Virus record (IMG/VR): IMGVR_UViG_3300032030_000012 | Span: 1 to 50,755 of that record | Strand: one strand, 5' to 3' | Source of the DNA: a virus | Taxonomy: Duplodnaviria > Heunggongvirae > Uroviricota > Caudoviricetes | Length of the DNA: 50,755 bases | Part shown: positions 48,384 through 50,755 of the stretch, one piece after another | How the letters are laid out: every line of letters starts with the position of its first letter | How positions within the stretch are numbered: the first letter of the stretch is position 1 | Position numbers and translations under genes: made by a program | Notes under the pieces: generated by a model | The model's database searches: none | Seen by the model: the letters and a program-made list of their open reading frames with translations, nothing else | Told to the model about the DNA's origin: nothing

Positions 48384-50342
48384 TTAATCTAAAGGACCAT
48401 AGCTGTTTACCATATCAGCTGATCTTTTTAATATAGCTTTTGCTAAATCTCTGTTTTTATCTATTAACTCAAATTGTTCTTGAGTTATATCCCCTCTATC
48501 TCTCCAATAGTTTGTGCTATCCCATTTAGGAAGTATTTCATAATACTCATCTGCTTCTTCAACGGTATGACAACTTTCAGGAGTTCCTGTTACAAAATAT
48601 AATTTATTTGTAGTAGTTATTCCTACTTTTTCAAGTTCATCTTCAAATGCTTTTATTTTATCATCTTCTGATTCTTCTAATTTTGATTCTTCTTTATTAG
48701 ATAATTCAGCAGCTTTTAATATATTATCTATTGTATCTGATGCAGTAGCTATATCACTTTTATAAGTTCCTAAAAATTCTGATTCTCCACCTTCTATAGT
48801 ATCCCATAAATCTTGTAAAGCTTCTGATGCTGTTCTTAAAGCTTTTAAATCATTATAATCTGCTTTTATTTCTGCTTCATCCAATTTAGTCTCTATCATT
48901 CTTGTTTGTTGAGCTCTTTTTTGTAGAGCTAAGAATTCATTATTAGTTATTTCTTCATTAAAAGATGCCTCATTTAGAAAATCATCAAATTCTTTATCTG
49001 TAGCATCCATTGCTATTAATTCATTTAATTGTTCTAATAAATCTAAATAACTTTGAGTATGTTCTTCTTTATCTTCATTTATTATTTCTAGTATATCTTT
49101 AATATCCTGTTCTTTATTTTCTTCTAATGACTCTGTTCTTTTTGAAGTTATCTTTTTAACTATTTCTTTAATTTGTTGAAGATACCAACTTACTCTTTCA
49201 TACTGTTCTTTAGAATCATTATCTAAATTATATCTTCTAGTTATTTGAGAATCTTTAGATTTTTTATCCCAATTTTTATATTCAATTTCATCTTTAACTC
49301 TTTGTAAATATGATTTTAAATCTTTTAAATCCCATTCAGAAGCATTTAATAAATCTTCAGGTCCTAAAACTTTAAGTTCGTTTTTAGCTTCTTCAAATTC
49401 TCTTTTAGCTTTTTCATAATACTTATCTACATATGCTTTATAATCATCATCAGATACTTCTTTAACATCCTTTAAAGCTTCTTCATATTCAGCTTTAATT
49501 CTTTTACAGATTTCAGCTACATCAGCCAAATCTACTTGACTATCACTAACTCCATTATATTTATCACAATCTTTATATGAAGGTAATTTACTGTATTCAT
49601 TATAAGTTAATCCTTCTAAATAATCAACTCTTATAGATAAATAAACCTGACCATCATCTTTTAAATATGAAATAGGAACTCCATTACATATATAACCTCT
49701 AAAATGATTTCCATCATCTGAAAAATCTTCTTCAGGAAATCTTTCTATACCATATTTTTTAAAATTTAATTTATCTTCTTCTAATATATCTACATCTTCA
49801 TTTAATGCTTTTGTTTCCTCTAATTTATTATCAGCTGATTTAACTTCCTCAGATGCTTCTACTTTTTCTTCTTCATCTTCTTTCTCTTCTTTTGCATCTT
49901 CAAAAGTTTCAGGAGCAAATTCTGTTCCTTCTTCCTCTTCTTCTGTTTCTTGATTTATTCCATTTTCTTCAGCTACAGTTTCATCAGTTTCTACTCTACC
50001 TACCATTACAAAAGCTTCCGGTACTTGAGTACAAACAGGACATATAGCTCCTGGTTCTAATATTTCATCTGTAACAAAAGTAGCTCCACAAATAGGACAT
50101 GTTTGAAGATATTGACCTTCCCATTCTTCATCGAAAGGAATTTCACCTTCTGGAGTATCTTCAACAATTTCTTGAGCTCTTTCAATAACTTCTTCATATT
50201 CTTCACTATTTACTTTAGGATCTGTAACTACTAATATGTTATCTACTATTCCTTCTACATCATTTACATCTTTACTATCATCTAGTTCATCGTAAAGAGC
50301 TTTTAATGTAGCTTCTTGTAAATTCATTTTTTCTTTTTCCAT
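48384..50342 (-). CDS. Acidic multi-module protein, putative head-internal polyprotein
   Basis: Likely start MEKEK at 50342 (AAAGGAG RBS); LQEATLKAL, CPICG..CPVC finger, linkers LEET/LNED/LEED, RTES/LEEN, LDEA, LEES. Confidence 0.75.
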   Translation of the reverse strand: MEKEKMNLQEATLKALYDELDDSKDVNDVEGIVDNILVVTDPKVNSEEYEEVIERAQEIVEDTPEGEIPFDEEWEGQYLQTCPICGATFVTDEILEPGAICPVCTQVPEAFVMVGRVETDETVAEENGINQETEEEEEGTEFAPETFEDAKEEKEDEEEKVEASEEVKSADNKLEETKALNEDVDILEEDKLNFKKYGIERFPEEDFSDDGNHFRGYICNGVPISYLKDDGQVYLSIRVDYLEGLTYNEYSKLPSYKDCDKYNGVSDSQVDLADVAEICKRIKAEYEEALKDVKEVSDDDYKAYVDKYYEKAKREFEEAKNELKVLGPEDLLNASEWDLKDLKSYLQRVKDEIEYKNWDKKSKDSQITRRYNLDNDSKEQYERVSWYLQQIKEIVKKITSKRTESLEENKEQDIKDILEIINEDKEEHTQSYLDLLEQLNELIAMDATDKEFDDFLNEASFNEEITNNEFLALQKRAQQTRMIETKLDEAEIKADYNDLKALRTASEALQDLWDTIEGGESEFLGTYKSDIATASDTIDNILKAAELSNKEESKLEESEDDKIKAFEDELEKVGITTTNKLYFVTGTPESCHTVEEADEYYEILPKWDSTNYWRDRGDITQEQFELIDKNRDLAKAILKRSADMVNSYGPLD

Positions 50343-50361
50343 TTTAAAACTCCTTTCTAAA

Positions 50362-50755
50362 TTATATTCCAGCAATTATATCATTAATAGATGTTATTGT
50401 TTTAACTAAGTCTCCATCTATTTGAACTTGACCTGATATAAAAGCTTTTAGAGGTTCTGATGAACTTCTTATAGTTATATTAATTTGACCTCCTTGAGGT
50501 ACTGCTATAGTTGATTGACTTTCTCCATTATCAAATGATACTTGTACTTCCATACCTTCATCTGATAATTCATTAAATAATTGAGATGTTCTTAAAGTTA
50601 TTTGTCCATCTTCTGAATCTGCATCAAAATCTGGAGAACTTAATTTATCACCAATAGTATTTAAACTTTTTGTATTTTCTTCTTTTAATCTATTTTTAAT
50701 AATTAAAGATTCAGTTAGATTATTAACTTCTTTATATCTTTTTTCTTTTTCATCA
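50362..50755 (-). CDS. 3' part of a larger protein running off the window
   Basis: Frame is open upstream of 50553 to the edge: ...DEKEKRYKEVNNLTESLIIKNRLKEENTK...DEGMEVQV. Confidence 0.7.
   Translation of the reverse strand, partial: DEKEKRYKEVNNLTESLIIKNRLKEENTKSLNTIGDKLSSPDFDADSEDGQITLRTSQLFNELSDEGMEVQVSFDNGESQSTIAVPQGGQINITIRSSSEPLKAFISGQVQIDGDLVKTITSINDIIAGI

Noticed and set aside
2983-50047. Short plus-strand ORFs and nested minus-strand ORFs (e.g. 2983, 4883, 10993, 13849, 25855, 25913, 26834, 29346, 32957, 34910, 39297, 44517, 47679, 49853)
   Set aside because: They lie within or across long, well-supported minus-strand genes and look like antisense or off-frame shadows
1-50755. Stop-codon reassignment as in some gut jumbo phages
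   Set aside because: Genes are full length and densely packed under the standard bacterial code; TAG and TGA both occur as genuine ends
1-50755. tRNA, rRNA, CRISPR array, IS or integrase
   Set aside because: Intergenic spaces are short and mostly explained by terminators and promoters; no cloverleaf, repeat-spacer array or transposase motif was seen

Overview
Very AT-rich window from a large tailed phage, probably a jumbo myovirus-like phage of a Gram-positive Bacillota/Clostridia host (GH25+CW_7+LysM endolysin, C39/SH3b lysin, LL-H-type holin, thyX). All credible genes are on the minus strand. Read in transcription order (right to left), the window holds: acidic multi-module proteins (48.4-50.8 kb); a block of small non-structural genes with thyX, an RNA-ligase-like gene and a metallophosphoesterase (42.2-48.2 kb); another acidic multi-module protein (39.7-42.2 kb); tail/fibre genes, one with a dockerin-like domain and one split by a frameshift (24.8-39.7 kb); a holin; two lysins, each behind a small acidic leader ORF; a SWIM-finger gene with more acidic multi-module proteins (17.1-21.9 kb); and a long array of mosaic fibre/adhesin genes with two glycosyltransferase-like paralogues (1-17 kb). 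Main hidden structure: (i) 11 copies of an intergenic motif GTAAAATATTAATAGA (probable phage late promoter, usually right after a terminator); (ii) three copies of a second promoter-like motif CYCGTT-N20-TATAAT; (iii) acidic proteins built of unrelated small modules joined by recurring (L/I)-x-E-(S/G/A/D) linkers, suggesting protease-processed, capsid-packaged cargo polyproteins. Family assignments come from motif recognition by eye, not from database searches.
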